A stretch of 64,000 nt of DNA from Nannocystis bainbridge. Its GTDB lineage: Bacteria > Myxococcota_A > Polyangia > Nannocystales > Nannocystaceae. The notes under the pieces were generated by a model, which worked only from the letters and a program-made list of their open reading frames with translations, was not told the DNA's origin and did not search any database. The position numbers and the translations under genes are program-made. Location of the stretch: contig NZ_JAQNDL010000002.1 in assembly GCF_028368995.1 (NCBI RefSeq), positions 960,001-1,024,000 on the forward strand. Reading direction: 5' to 3'. Shown here piece after piece: positions 43,733 to 52,875 of the stretch. The stretch's first letter is position 1. Every line of letters begins with the position of its first letter.

Positions 43733-46700
43733 ATGCCGATGCGTGCCTTTCACCGACCTCGCGGTGCCGTGCTGGCCACGGCGGTGTTCGTCGGCGCGCC
43801 CGTGCTCGCGGCCCTCGTGCCGCAGACGGCGCGGGCGCTCGAGAGCGCGGGGCTCAGCGGCGCGATCAAGGACCGCCAGACGGGTGAGCCGGTGGCGGGG
43901 GTCGTCGTGCTCGCGCAGTGCAACTGCTTGCAGGGCCCGCGCGACACCCGGACCAACGCCGAGGGCGTGTACGTCTTCCGCGACCTGCCGCCCGGCGTCT
44001 ACACGGTGCAGGCGCTGTACCGCGAGAACGACCTCAGCAAGATCGTCGAGCTGGGGCCGGCGGCGAAGGTGCGGGTCGACTTTCAGCTCGCGCCGGACGA
44101 GCGGTGGGTGCAGACGATCGTGGTCGAGTCGGCGCCGATCCGGACCGACGGCGCCAGCGTGCAGAAGGTCGACGTCGAGCGCATGCGCAAGATCCCGCTC
44201 GGCGGGACCAGCCGCGACTACACCGCGGTCGTCGACATCTCGCCGACCGCGGGCCGCGACGCCGGCGGGATCCGTCTCGGCAGCGGCACCAGTGCCGAGA
44301 GCAAGTACGTCGTCGACAGCCAGAACTCGACCAGCCCGGCGTTCGGGACCGTCGGCGCCAGCATCGTCCAGGAGTTCGTCGACGAGGTCGAGGTCGTCGA
44401 GGGGGTGTTCGACGCCGAGAACGGCGGGGCCAGCGGCGGCCTGGTGCGGGCGCGCCGGATCGGCGGCAGCAACAAGTGGCGCGGGCAGGTGCTGTTCCGC
44501 TTCACGCCGCGCATCGCCTCGCCGCGCTTCATCGACGCCACCGACGAGTCGCTGCGCGTGGCCGAGATCTACAACTACGAGATGCAGGGCGTGGTCACCC
44601 TGTCGGGCCCGATCGTGCGCGACAAGCTGTTCTTCGCCATCGGCCTCGCCCCGGGCGGCAGCAACAACTCGCTGGTGCAGTCGTTCTTCCGCCGGCGCGA
44701 CAAGGACCTCTCGGGCGGCTACGAGGGTTGCCCGTACGCCAACGGCGTCAACGACTGCGCCGCCAACGGCAACTACATCGACACCGTCAAGTTCGCCGAG
44801 CAGAAGTTTCGCACCGGCCGCTTCGACCTCGGCTGGACCGCGAGCCTCGACTGGCAGATAAGCCCCCGCCACCGCCTGCGGCTGTCGGGCGGCGGCGGCC
44901 CGAACTTTCGCCGCCGCAGCTTCCGTCAGCCGACGGGGTCCGAGCCCAACGCGTTCGGCACCAACCCCAACGCGACGATCGGCGGCGCCTCGCGCGTGGC
45001 CTCGGGCGTGGTCAACGACAGCTTCGGCGTCGATTACGGCAACAGCACCGGCGTCGGCCTCGAGTACGAGGGGCGGGCGCTCAACGACAAGCTCGAGCTC
45101 GACGGCTACGTCTACTACACGCGCCTGCGCGGGCAGCAGGCGTGGAAGCTCGACCACGAAGAGAAGCGCCGGATCCCGCTGACGCAGGAGCGCGACACCC
45201 AGGGCCGCAACCTCTACGACCTGCTCGACCGCGACGACGCCGTGCGCCTGGTCCAGGGCGCCAGCGACGCCTGCAACGACTCGAACCTGCCCGGGCTGAC
45301 GTGCCCGACGCGGGTGTGGCTGTCGGGCGGCATCGGCTCGTACTCGAGCACGCAGCAGGACCGGATCGGCGGCGGCTTCGCGCTGACGCATTTCCTCTCG
45401 GCGCGGCGCGGCGGCGCTCACCAGCTCAAGTACGGGTTCGAGATCGACGGCTCGCAGATCCGCCAGCGCTCGGCCTACTCGGGCGGCAACGACCCCGACT
45501 TCTACGCCAACTGTCCTCAGGGACAGGTCGGCGGCGGCGAGTACTGCTTCGATCGGGACAGCGGCGAGTACACCCTCAACACCGCCAACCGGGTCAACAA
45601 CAACCGCGTCGTCATCGTCCAGTCGGACAACCCCGACCAGCGGCAGACGCTCGGGTTCGGCCGCGTGCGCTACGAGCAGGACGACCTGCGGGCCATCGCC
45701 ACCCCGCTCGGCGCCGGCGTGCGCGTGCCGGCCTACGCGTCGTCGCTGTCGAGCCAGAACTACGCATTCTTCGCCCAGGACAAGTGGTCGATCCTCTCCA
45801 ACCTCTACGTCTCGGCCGGCGTGCGCTGGGAGATCCAGGAGCTGCGCGACGTGTTCGGCCGGCGCGGCCTGCTGATCGCCGACAACGTGGCCCCGCGCGC
45901 GAGCCTGGTCTACGACTGGACCGACGAGGGCAAGAGCCGGCTGTACGTCAGCTACGGGTGGTTCTACGCCCAGATCCCCGCGATCCTCGGCAACCGGATC
46001 TTCGGCGGGCTCGTCAACGTCAACCGCACCTACCGCAACTCCGACTGCCAGACCCCGGTGACGATCGGCGGCGTGGCGCACGACCGGCTCGAGAGCGGCG
46101 CGCCGACCGAGTGGTGCGCCGACGGCAACCAGAGCACCAGCGGCCTGACCTTCGGCGCGGTCGCGCCTGACCTGAAGGGCATGTACGTGCAGCGCTTCAA
46201 CGCCGGCTACGAGCACGAGGTGGTCGAGGACCTGCTGATCGGGGTGCGCTGGCAGCACGACGGGCTCGGGCGGGCGATCGAGGACGTGTCGACCAACGGC
46301 GGCCTCAACTTCCTGCTGGCCAACCCCGGCGAGTCGGTATCGCGGGCCGACATCGCCCGCCAGGAGGAGCGCTGCGAGCAGCTGCAGGCCCAGGCCGACG
46401 CCACCGACGCCGACGACCCGCAGCGCCAGACCGCGGTCCGCGAGCTGAACCGCTGCGACTTCCTGGCCTCGTCGTTCCGCCAGCTCGGCGGCATGTTCTC
46501 GCGCCCGGTCCGCAACTACGACGCGTGGATCTTGCAGGTGACCAAGCGGTTCGCCAAGAACTGGGTGTTCCAGGGCAGCTACATCTACAGCCGGCTGATC
46601 GGCAACTACGACGGCTTCGTCGACCGCAACACCGGCGCGATCAACATCGGCGCCAGCACCACGTACGACATCCCCGAGCTGGTGCGCAACAGCTACGGGC

Positions 46701-47218
46701 CGCTGTGGGACAACCGGCCGCACCAGCTCAAGCTCGACGGCTACTACACCTTCGACCTGCGCCGCGGCGGTCGGCTGACGCTCGGGGTCAACTTCCGCTT
46801 CCAGTCGGGCTCGCCGATCAGCGTCTACGCCGACAACAACCGCTACGCCGGCCAGTCGCTGGTGTACGTGCTGCCGCGCGGGGCCGGCGGCCGGCTCGAG
46901 CCCAACTACTACGCCAACCTCGGCGTCTCGTACGCGTACCCGCTGCCGGGCGAGCTCGAGCTCGAGCTCGCGGCCCGCCTCGTCAACCTCACCAACTCCA
47001 AGGCGGTGCTGCGGATCGACGAGACCTACTCCTTCTCGCAGAGCCGGGCGATCGCCGGGGGCGACCTCGACGACCTCAAGCACGCCAAGGTCCAGACCGC
47101 CAACGCGCCGACGGCCTTCTTCCAGCGCAACGTGCTGCCGGCCCAGGGCAACTTCGGGGTGCAGACCCAGTTCCAGCAGCCGATCGGGGCCCAGTTCGAG
47201 GTCCGGCTGCGGTTCTGA
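43733..47218 (+). CDS. TonB-dependent outer membrane receptor (Oar-like) with carboxypeptidase-regulatory N-domain
   Basis: Signal peptide, GAIKDRQTGEPVAG..RDLPPGVYTV, plug ending FDAENGGASGG, barrel strands (AFFAQDKW, SAGVRWE), C-terminal F. Confidence 0.9.
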   Translation: MPMRAFHRPRGAVLATAVFVGAPVLAALVPQTARALESAGLSGAIKDRQTGEPVAGVVVLAQCNCLQGPRDTRTNAEGVYVFRDLPPGVYTVQALYRENDLSKIVELGPAAKVRVDFQLAPDERWVQTIVVESAPIRTDGASVQKVDVERMRKIPLGGTSRDYTAVVDISPTAGRDAGGIRLGSGTSAESKYVVDSQNSTSPAFGTVGASIVQEFVDEVEVVEGVFDAENGGASGGLVRARRIGGSNKWRGQVLFRFTPRIASPRFIDATDESLRVAEIYNYEMQGVVTLSGPIVRDKLFFAIGLAPGGSNNSLVQSFFRRRDKDLSGGYEGCPYANGVNDCAANGNYIDTVKFAEQKFRTGRFDLGWTASLDWQISPRHRLRLSGGGGPNFRRRSFRQPTGSEPNAFGTNPNATIGGASRVASGVVNDSFGVDYGNSTGVGLEYEGRALNDKLELDGYVYYTRLRGQQAWKLDHEEKRRIPLTQERDTQGRNLYDLLDRDDAVRLVQGASDACNDSNLPGLTCPTRVWLSGGIGSYSSTQQDRIGGGFALTHFLSARRGGAHQLKYGFEIDGSQIRQRSAYSGGNDPDFYANCPQGQVGGGEYCFDRDSGEYTLNTANRVNNNRVVIVQSDNPDQRQTLGFGRVRYEQDDLRAIATPLGAGVRVPAYASSLSSQNYAFFAQDKWSILSNLYVSAGVRWEIQELRDVFGRRGLLIADNVAPRASLVYDWTDEGKSRLYVSYGWFYAQIPAILGNRIFGGLVNVNRTYRNSDCQTPVTIGGVAHDRLESGAPTEWCADGNQSTSGLTFGAVAPDLKGMYVQRFNAGYEHEVVEDLLIGVRWQHDGLGRAIEDVSTNGGLNFLLANPGESVSRADIARQEERCEQLQAQADATDADDPQRQTAVRELNRCDFLASSFRQLGGMFSRPVRNYDAWILQVTKRFAKNWVFQGSYIYSRLIGNYDGFVDRNTGAINIGASTTYDIPELVRNSYGPLWDNRPHQLKLDGYYTFDLRRGGRLTLGVNFRFQSGSPISVYADNNRYAGQSLVYVLPRGAGGRLEPNYYANLGVSYAYPLPGELELELAARLVNLTNSKAVLRIDETYSFSQSRAIAGGDLDDLKHAKVQTANAPTAFFQRNVLPAQGNFGVQTQFQQPIGAQFEVRLRF

Positions 47219-47264
47219 AGGTACATGTCCGTTCGGGAATGTCCGAACGGACATGTCCCGCGCG

Positions 47265-48845
47265 CTAGGTCGCTTCGGACATGCCCCGGAGGACAGCCGC
47301 GAGCGCGGCGGCGTCGAGCGCGTCGAGGCGATCGCCGAGCTCGACCTGCACGCCGCCGGGCCACACGCGGGTGCGGTGGCCGGGGAACGGCGCGAGGGCC
47401 AGCAGGAGCGACTCGGGCAGGCGCTCGAGGCGGCGGGCGTCGCCGCGGGCGCGGTGGCCGGCGACCAGCGGGTGCGGCTCGTCGCCGGCGCGGCCGGGCA
47501 CGAGCTCGACGTCGGGCGCGCCGCGGCCGAGCACGCCGGCCTGCAGGACCACGTGCCAGCCGCCGCGATCCTGGCGGGCGCGCAGGTCGACGGCGACGCG
47601 CGCGACCTCGCCGCGCACGGCGATCACGGCCCCGCGCTCTTGCTCGAGCACCGTCGGCGCGGGCAGCCCGAGCAGGCCGGCGGCCTCGAGCACGATCGGC
47701 TCGATCGGGCGCGTCGGGGCGACGACCCGCGGCGCGGGAGCCGGGGCCCCGGCGAGGGTGTCGAGGCCGAGCAGCAGGCCGGCGCCGGTCATCAGCACCA
47801 GCTGCGGGGTCGACAGCCCGAGGCCGGCGCACAGCAGGATCACGAGGCACAGCCCGCGCACGTGGTCGCGGCGCGACAGCAGGGCGGTGGTCGTCAGCGC
47901 GAACACCACGAACAGGGTCAGCATGCCGCCGACGATCCGCCAGCCCGGGAGGTAACCGGGGTAGGGCAGCTCGAAGCCGAGCAGCGAGCGCGCGAGCTGA
48001 CCGACGGCCGCCTCGAGGTCGCCGAAGCGCTGGGTGTAGCCCCGGTGCAACACGAGGCAGGCGACCGCCGACATGCCGAGGGCGGCGCCGTGGAGGCCGC
48101 GCTCGGCCCGGGGGCGCATCAGCACCATGCCGACCAGCGCGGCCGCGCCGACGCTGACGAGGATCGGCGCGGCGGCCTCGGAGCCGAGCGGCATGCCCGA
48201 AAGGACAGATGCGCCGCCGAGCCCGCAGCGCACGGCGAGCGGGACCAGCAGGGCGACGGCGCCCCAGCGCAGCAGGGGCGGCTGGAGCTGCGACCACAGA
48301 GCCGCGAGCGCGAGCGGGGCGGCCAGCAGCAGGCTGACCGTTCCGACCTGTCCCAAGAGACCGATAGGCGAGTCGGGGGCGCGGTTCAGGTGCTCGGTCA
48401 GCAGCAGGCCCGCGCCGACGATCGCCGGGGCCGCGGGGACCATGCGCAGGCGCCCGAGCGCGCGGTCGCTGGCCCAGCCCAGCGCCACCGCGACGCAGGC
48501 CGCGGCGCACAGGGCGGCGAGGAAGTGATGCAGCAGCAGCTCGCCGTGGTAGGCGAGGCCGAGCAGCGAGCCGCGGAAGCGGACCAGCAGGGCGGCGATC
48601 ACCACGGCGGGCAGGCCGAGCGCGACGCACACGAGCGGCGGGCGGTGGCGCTGCCACGCGACCACGCCGCCGCCGATCGCCAGCACCGCGGCGGTGAGCA
48701 GGTAGATCGTCGGGCCCTCGCGAGCGGCGCGCATGACGGCCGCGTCGCTCGACAGCGACAGCTCGAGCGTCGCCACCAGCTGAAGGATGGCGGCGAAGGC
48801 CGCAGCTGCCGCGAGGGTGTGCGTCTTTGGCGTGCGGCCTGTCAC
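47265..48845 (-). CDS. Multi-pass membrane hypothetical protein
   Basis: About 12 hydrophobic segments plus a soluble C-terminal domain. Start uncertain. Confidence 0.65.
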   Translation of the reverse strand: MTGRTPKTHTLAAAAAFAAILQLVATLELSLSSDAAVMRAAREGPTIYLLTAAVLAIGGGVVAWQRHRPPLVCVALGLPAVVIAALLVRFRGSLLGLAYHGELLLHHFLAALCAAACVAVALGWASDRALGRLRMVPAAPAIVGAGLLLTEHLNRAPDSPIGLLGQVGTVSLLLAAPLALAALWSQLQPPLLRWGAVALLVPLAVRCGLGGASVLSGMPLGSEAAAPILVSVGAAALVGMVLMRPRAERGLHGAALGMSAVACLVLHRGYTQRFGDLEAAVGQLARSLLGFELPYPGYLPGWRIVGGMLTLFVVFALTTTALLSRRDHVRGLCLVILLCAGLGLSTPQLVLMTGAGLLLGLDTLAGAPAPAPRVVAPTRPIEPIVLEAAGLLGLPAPTVLEQERGAVIAVRGEVARVAVDLRARQDRGGWHVVLQAGVLGRGAPDVELVPGRAGDEPHPLVAGHRARGDARRLERLPESLLLALAPFPGHRTRVWPGGVQVELGDRLDALDAAALAAVLRGMSEAT

Positions 48846-49018
48846 GCGACTCTGGGCGCTGTCATGAGGTCGAGGCACGCGGCGAATTGCCGGTGTGCAG
48901 CCCGTGCAGCGTAGCACGCCGGTGGGCCGCCACGGACCGCGAGCGGGCGAGCGAGCGCGCACGACCGGGTCCGGCGGGCGCGGCGGCCGGCGACCGGCGA
49001 CGGACCCCGAAAGCTCAA

Positions 49019-49056
49019 GCGCCCCACGGTCCGGGTCACCGGAAGGCGTGGGGCGC
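49019..49056 (-). terminator. Hairpin downstream of tRNA-His
   Basis: GCGCCCCACG...CGTGGGGCGC inverted repeat, followed on the minus strand by TTGAGCTTT. Confidence 0.5.
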
Positions 49057-49071
49057 AGAGCATTTACTGAG

Positions 49072-49146
49072 GGCGATTAATGGGATTTGAACCCATGACC
49101 TCTCGGACCACAACCGAGCGCTCTAACCAGCTGAGCTATAACCGCC
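49072..49146 (-). tRNA. tRNA-His (GUG)
   Basis: Reverse complement reads G-GCGGTTA TAGCTCAGCTGGTTAGAGC GCTCGG TTGTGGT CCGAG AGGTC ATGGG TTCAAAT CCCAT TAATCGC-C. Has the G-1:C73 His identity pair. CCA is not encoded. Confidence 0.96.
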
Positions 49147-49210
49147 GTGTGCTTGTGGAGTCCCCGGCAGGGCCGGGGAGGCGGTGTGTAACACAGGCCC
49201 GTGGGGTTGG

Positions 49211-49750
49211 CTAGCCCGATTGCGCCGGCTTGGCGTCGCGCTCCTCACGAGGAGGCGGGGGCGGGGCGAGCTGACCGGCCGCGGGGTGGTCCTTGCAGAC
49301 GCGCAGCCACAGCGGCATGACCTCGGCCAGGTCCTCGGCGACGACCCGCGGGACGACGCAGTGGGCCAGCCCGTGGTGGCTCATGTAGCCGACGATCGCC
49401 GCCCGGCCGGCGGCGATCTCGGCGTGCAGCGCGGGCTCGAGGGTGAGGCGGCCGAGCGAACCCTGGGCGGTCGGGAAATGGAACGCCTCGGCGTGCTCGC
49501 TCGGCAGGCCGCCGACCGGGTCGAGGCGGGAGCGGTCGACGACGCGGCGGAGGGTGTCGTAGATCTCGCTCTTGCCGGCCTTCTTGAGGGCGGCGACGTC
49601 GAGGCCCGACTTGGGCTTCGCCGGGGCGGCGGGCGCGGGTCGGGCGGCGGACTTGGCGGCGGGCTTGCCGGCCTTCTTGCGCTCGGCAGCGGCGAGTTGC
49701 TCCGGGGTGACGAGGCCCGCGGCGGCGAGCTTGGCCTTGAGGTCGAGCAT
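49211..49750 (-). CDS. DUF2058-like hypothetical protein
   Basis: N-terminal MLDLKAKLAAAGLV, plus FHF...LHAEIAAGRAAIV...VVPRVVAE. Confidence 0.6.
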   Translation of the reverse strand: MLDLKAKLAAAGLVTPEQLAAAERKKAGKPAAKSAARPAPAAPAKPKSGLDVAALKKAGKSEIYDTLRRVVDRSRLDPVGGLPSEHAEAFHFPTAQGSLGRLTLEPALHAEIAAGRAAIVGYMSHHGLAHCVVPRVVAEDLAEVMPLWLRVCKDHPAAGQLAPPPPPREERDAKPAQSG

Positions 49751-49773
49751 GGCGGGGGATCTATAACTCAAGT

Positions 49774-50160
49774 TCAGGCGGCGCTGCGCAGCATGGCCTG
49801 CAGCAAGGTGGCCTCGAGCGCGGACAGGCCGACGAAGCGCAGGCCGAGCCCGGGGAAGCGGCCCTCGCGGGTGCCGCCGACGCGCACGACCTCGGCGTCG
49901 AGCACGAGCGGATTTTTGGCGGCGCCGCGGTCCATGGTCAGGCGCACGGACGTGCCGACGGCGACGGCGCGGGCGGTGGTGACAAAGGCGCCGCCGCCCG
50001 AGAGGTCCAGGGTTTGCCCGCGCACCGGGCCTTCGGGCGTGCTCACGAGCGCGGCGATGCGGACCCGCACGCGCGGGAAGGCCCGGCGCTCGCCACGACT
50101 GGTCAGATCTCCCATGGCCTGCACCTGCGCCGACCACCGGCGCCTCTTCTTCTTGTGCAT
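49774..50160 (-). CDS. PilZ domain protein
   Basis: ERRAFPR (RxxxR), DLSGGGAFV (DxSxGG), GLGLRF. Confidence 0.88.
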   Translation of the reverse strand: MHKKKRRRWSAQVQAMGDLTSRGERRAFPRVRVRIAALVSTPEGPVRGQTLDLSGGGAFVTTARAVAVGTSVRLTMDRGAAKNPLVLDAEVVRVGGTREGRFPGLGLRFVGLSALEATLLQAMLRSAA

Positions 50161-50264
50161 CAACTCGCGGGGCGCGCCAGATGGAGTCACGGCGCGCGTG
50201 TGTCCGGTCGCACCCGTGGTCCGGCTTGACCGTGCGCGCGGGAGCGGTCCATCCTTGCCGCCGC

Positions 50265-52115
50265 TTGAAAGTCCACCTCATCGGCATCGGCGGCACCGGT
50301 ATGGGCGCGTTCGCAGGGCTTTTGCAGGAGGCCGGTCACGACGTCCGCGGCTCGGATACGCAGCTGTTTCCGCCGATGTCGACCCAGCTCGAGGCGGCCA
50401 AGATCCCCGTGTTCGAGGGCTTCCGGCCGGAGAACCTCGACTGGGGCCCCGACTTCGTGGTCGTCGGCAACGTCTGCAGCCGCGAGCACGTCGAGGTGGT
50501 CGGCGCCCAGGCCCGCGGGCTCGCGCTCGAGAGCTTCCCGTCGCTGCTCGAGAAGGTCGTGCTGCCCGAGCGGCGCGCGCTGGTGGTCGCCGGCACGCAC
50601 GGCAAGACGACCACGTCGTCGCTGCTGACGTGGATGCTGCAGGTCGCGGGCCTGCAGCCGAGCGCGCTGGTCGGCGGCGTGCCGATCAACCTCGGCCGCG
50701 GCTACCTGTTCGGCCGCGGGCCGTCGATCGTGCTCGAGGGCGACGAGTACGACACCGCGTTCTTCGACAAGGGCTCGAAGTTCTTCCACTACCGCCCGTT
50801 CCGCGCGATCGTCACGAGCGTCGAGTTCGACCACGCCGACATCTTCGCCGACCTCGACGCGGTCAAGGCGGCGTTCGTCCGCTTCGTCGAGCTCATCCCG
50901 CCGGAGGGCGACCTGGTGGTCTGCGCCGACGATGCCGGGGCGATGGAAGTGGCCCGCGCGGCCCGCTGCAAGCTCACCACCTACCGCGTGCTCGCCGACG
51001 GCGACGACCCGGGCTCGGCCGACTACACCTGCCGCGTCGAGGCCAAGCGCGGCCGCGGCCTGATGGTGTTCGAGGTGTTCGAGCGCGGCGTCAGCCTCGG
51101 CGAATTCCAGACCACGCTGGTCGGCACCTACAACCTCGGCAACGTGCTCGCGGCGCTGGCCGTGGCCCGGCAAGAGGGCGCGTCGGTCGAGGCGCTGTTC
51201 GACGCGGTGCGCCGGTTCCTCGGCGTCAAGCGGCGCCAGGAGCTGCTCGGCATCGCCAGCGGGATCCGCGTCGTCACCGACTTCGCCCACCACCCGACGG
51301 CGGTGCGCCTCACCACCACGGCGATCCGCCGCCGCTTCCCCAACGGTCGCCTGTTCGTGTGCTTCGAGCCGCGCTCGGCGTCGTCGCGGCGGTCGGTGTT
51401 CTCCGACGGCTACGCCGAGAGCTTCGCGGCCGCCTCGCGCGTCGACGTGGGCCCGCTGTTCCGCCCGGAGAAGATCCCGCTGGACCAGCGCCTCGATCCG
51501 CCGGCGCTGGCGCGGGCCATCGCCGCCAACGGCATCGAGGCGCTGGCCCACGCCGACGTCGACGAGCTGGCGCAGGCGGTGCTCGCCGAGGCCGCCCCCG
51601 GCGACACGATCCTGCTGCTCACCTCGGGCTCGTTCGGCGGGCTCGGCGACAAGATCCTCAAGGCGCTCGGCGACGCGGTCATGTTCGCCACCCCGGAGGA
51701 CCTGCCGGCCGTGCACGCGCTGTGCTCGTCGTACGGGCTGGCGCCGACGATCCCCGGCGACACCACCGAGACGCTCATCATCCGCGAGCCCGAGGGCGCG
51801 GTGGTCGGCTGCGTGTCGCTGCGCATGGTCGGCGCGCAGGCGCTGCTGTTCAACCTGGCGATCGATCGCGAGCGCCGCGGCGAGGGCCTCGGCTGGATGC
51901 TGGCCGACGGCATCCTCCGGCGCGCGCGCATGCTCGGGGTCCAGCAGGTCTACCTCGTCACCACCGACGCGACCGATTTCTTCGCCGGCAAGCTCGGCGC
52001 GACGCCGGCGTCGGTCGAGGAGATCGATCCGCAGATCCGCCGCGACCCTAACTTCGTGCTCGGCGAGCGGGCCGTGTGCATGAAGATCGATCCCAGCTAC
52101 AAGCGGGGCTCGTGA
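50265..52115 (+). CDS. mpl: Murein peptide ligase Mpl fused to a C-terminal GNAT domain
   Basis: HLIGIGGTGMG, VAGTHGKTTTSS, EGDEYDTAFFDK, EFDHADIF, GVKRRQE, DFAHHPTAV, FEPRS, then a GNAT with RRGEGLG and YLVTTDATDFF. Confidence 0.92.
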   Translation: MKVHLIGIGGTGMGAFAGLLQEAGHDVRGSDTQLFPPMSTQLEAAKIPVFEGFRPENLDWGPDFVVVGNVCSREHVEVVGAQARGLALESFPSLLEKVVLPERRALVVAGTHGKTTTSSLLTWMLQVAGLQPSALVGGVPINLGRGYLFGRGPSIVLEGDEYDTAFFDKGSKFFHYRPFRAIVTSVEFDHADIFADLDAVKAAFVRFVELIPPEGDLVVCADDAGAMEVARAARCKLTTYRVLADGDDPGSADYTCRVEAKRGRGLMVFEVFERGVSLGEFQTTLVGTYNLGNVLAALAVARQEGASVEALFDAVRRFLGVKRRQELLGIASGIRVVTDFAHHPTAVRLTTTAIRRRFPNGRLFVCFEPRSASSRRSVFSDGYAESFAAASRVDVGPLFRPEKIPLDQRLDPPALARAIAANGIEALAHADVDELAQAVLAEAAPGDTILLLTSGSFGGLGDKILKALGDAVMFATPEDLPAVHALCSSYGLAPTIPGDTTETLIIREPEGAVVGCVSLRMVGAQALLFNLAIDRERRGEGLGWMLADGILRRARMLGVQQVYLVTTDATDFFAGKLGATPASVEEIDPQIRRDPNFVLGERAVCMKIDPSYKRGS

Positions 52116-52603
52116 CCGTCGCCGTGTTCGTGGCGCTCGCCGCGGTCGCGCTGGCGGCCGGCGTCGCCGCGGTGTGGCGCGCGCCGGCGTGGGCGCTGCC
52201 GGTGCTGGCGTGCGCGCTCGCGGGCGTGATGCTGCTGTACCAGGCGACGGGGCTGGCGCTCGTCACGATCGCGGCGATCGTCGGGGCGGCGCTGGTGATG
52301 GCGGTGGCGCGCGGACCGGCGCGCGTGGGCGCTCCTGCCGACGTTGCGGCGCCCTCGGGGCGGCTCGGGGCGGGGCGGCTCGCGGCGGTGACGGTCGCGG
52401 TCGCGGGCCTGCTGTTCGTGCTGGTCGGCACGTGGGCGCGCCAGTTCCTGTGGACGGGCCGCGAGCTGCCGCCGGGTTCGAGCTGGGGCGAGCTGCCCGG
52501 GCTGGGGGTCGCGCTGGGCGGCGCGCCGGGGCTGCTCGGCGTCGGGTTCGTGATCGTTGTGGCGGCAGCCGCGTGCGCCGGGCCGCCGCGGCATCGGATA
52601 TAA
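52112..52603 (+). CDS. Degenerate NuoJ-like membrane subunit
   Basis: About 163 aa, about 5 TM segments, position immediately before the NuoK-like gene, GTGA overlap with the mpl stop. Confidence 0.5.
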   Translation: MTVAVFVALAAVALAAGVAAVWRAPAWALPVLACALAGVMLLYQATGLALVTIAAIVGAALVMAVARGPARVGAPADVAAPSGRLGAGRLAAVTVAVAGLLFVLVGTWARQFLWTGRELPPGSSWGELPGLGVALGGAPGLLGVGFVIVVAAAACAGPPRHRI

Positions 52604-52611
52604 GACCGCGC

Positions 52612-52875
52612 GTGCCCATCACCCACGTCTACTACCTGGCCAGCGGCTTGTGGCTGCTCGGGCTCGCGGGCGTGCTGCTGCGCCGCGAGGGCTGGGGACG
52701 GACGCTGGCGCTGGTGGTGATGCTGGTCGGCGCGGCGACGGTGCTGGTCGGGGCCGCGCGCGCGTGGGCGCTGGCCGACATCCACGGCCTGGCGGCGCTG
52801 ATGTTCGCGCTCGCCGGGGCTTACGCGGTGGTGCTGGCGACGCTGCAGCCCGAGCCGGACCGGGAAGGTCCGTGA
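52612..52875 (+). CDS. Degenerate NuoK-like membrane subunit
   Basis: HVYYLASGLWLLGLAGVLLRR resembles NuoK TM1. 87 aa, 3 TM segments. Confidence 0.7.
   Translation: MPITHVYYLASGLWLLGLAGVLLRREGWGRTLALVVMLVGAATVLVGAARAWALADIHGLAALMFALAGAYAVVLATLQPEPDREGP

Noticed and set aside
48850-49210. tRNA-His as an integration site of a genomic island
   Set aside because: No integrase, no duplicated tRNA 3' end seen, and no compositional shift in flanking genes.
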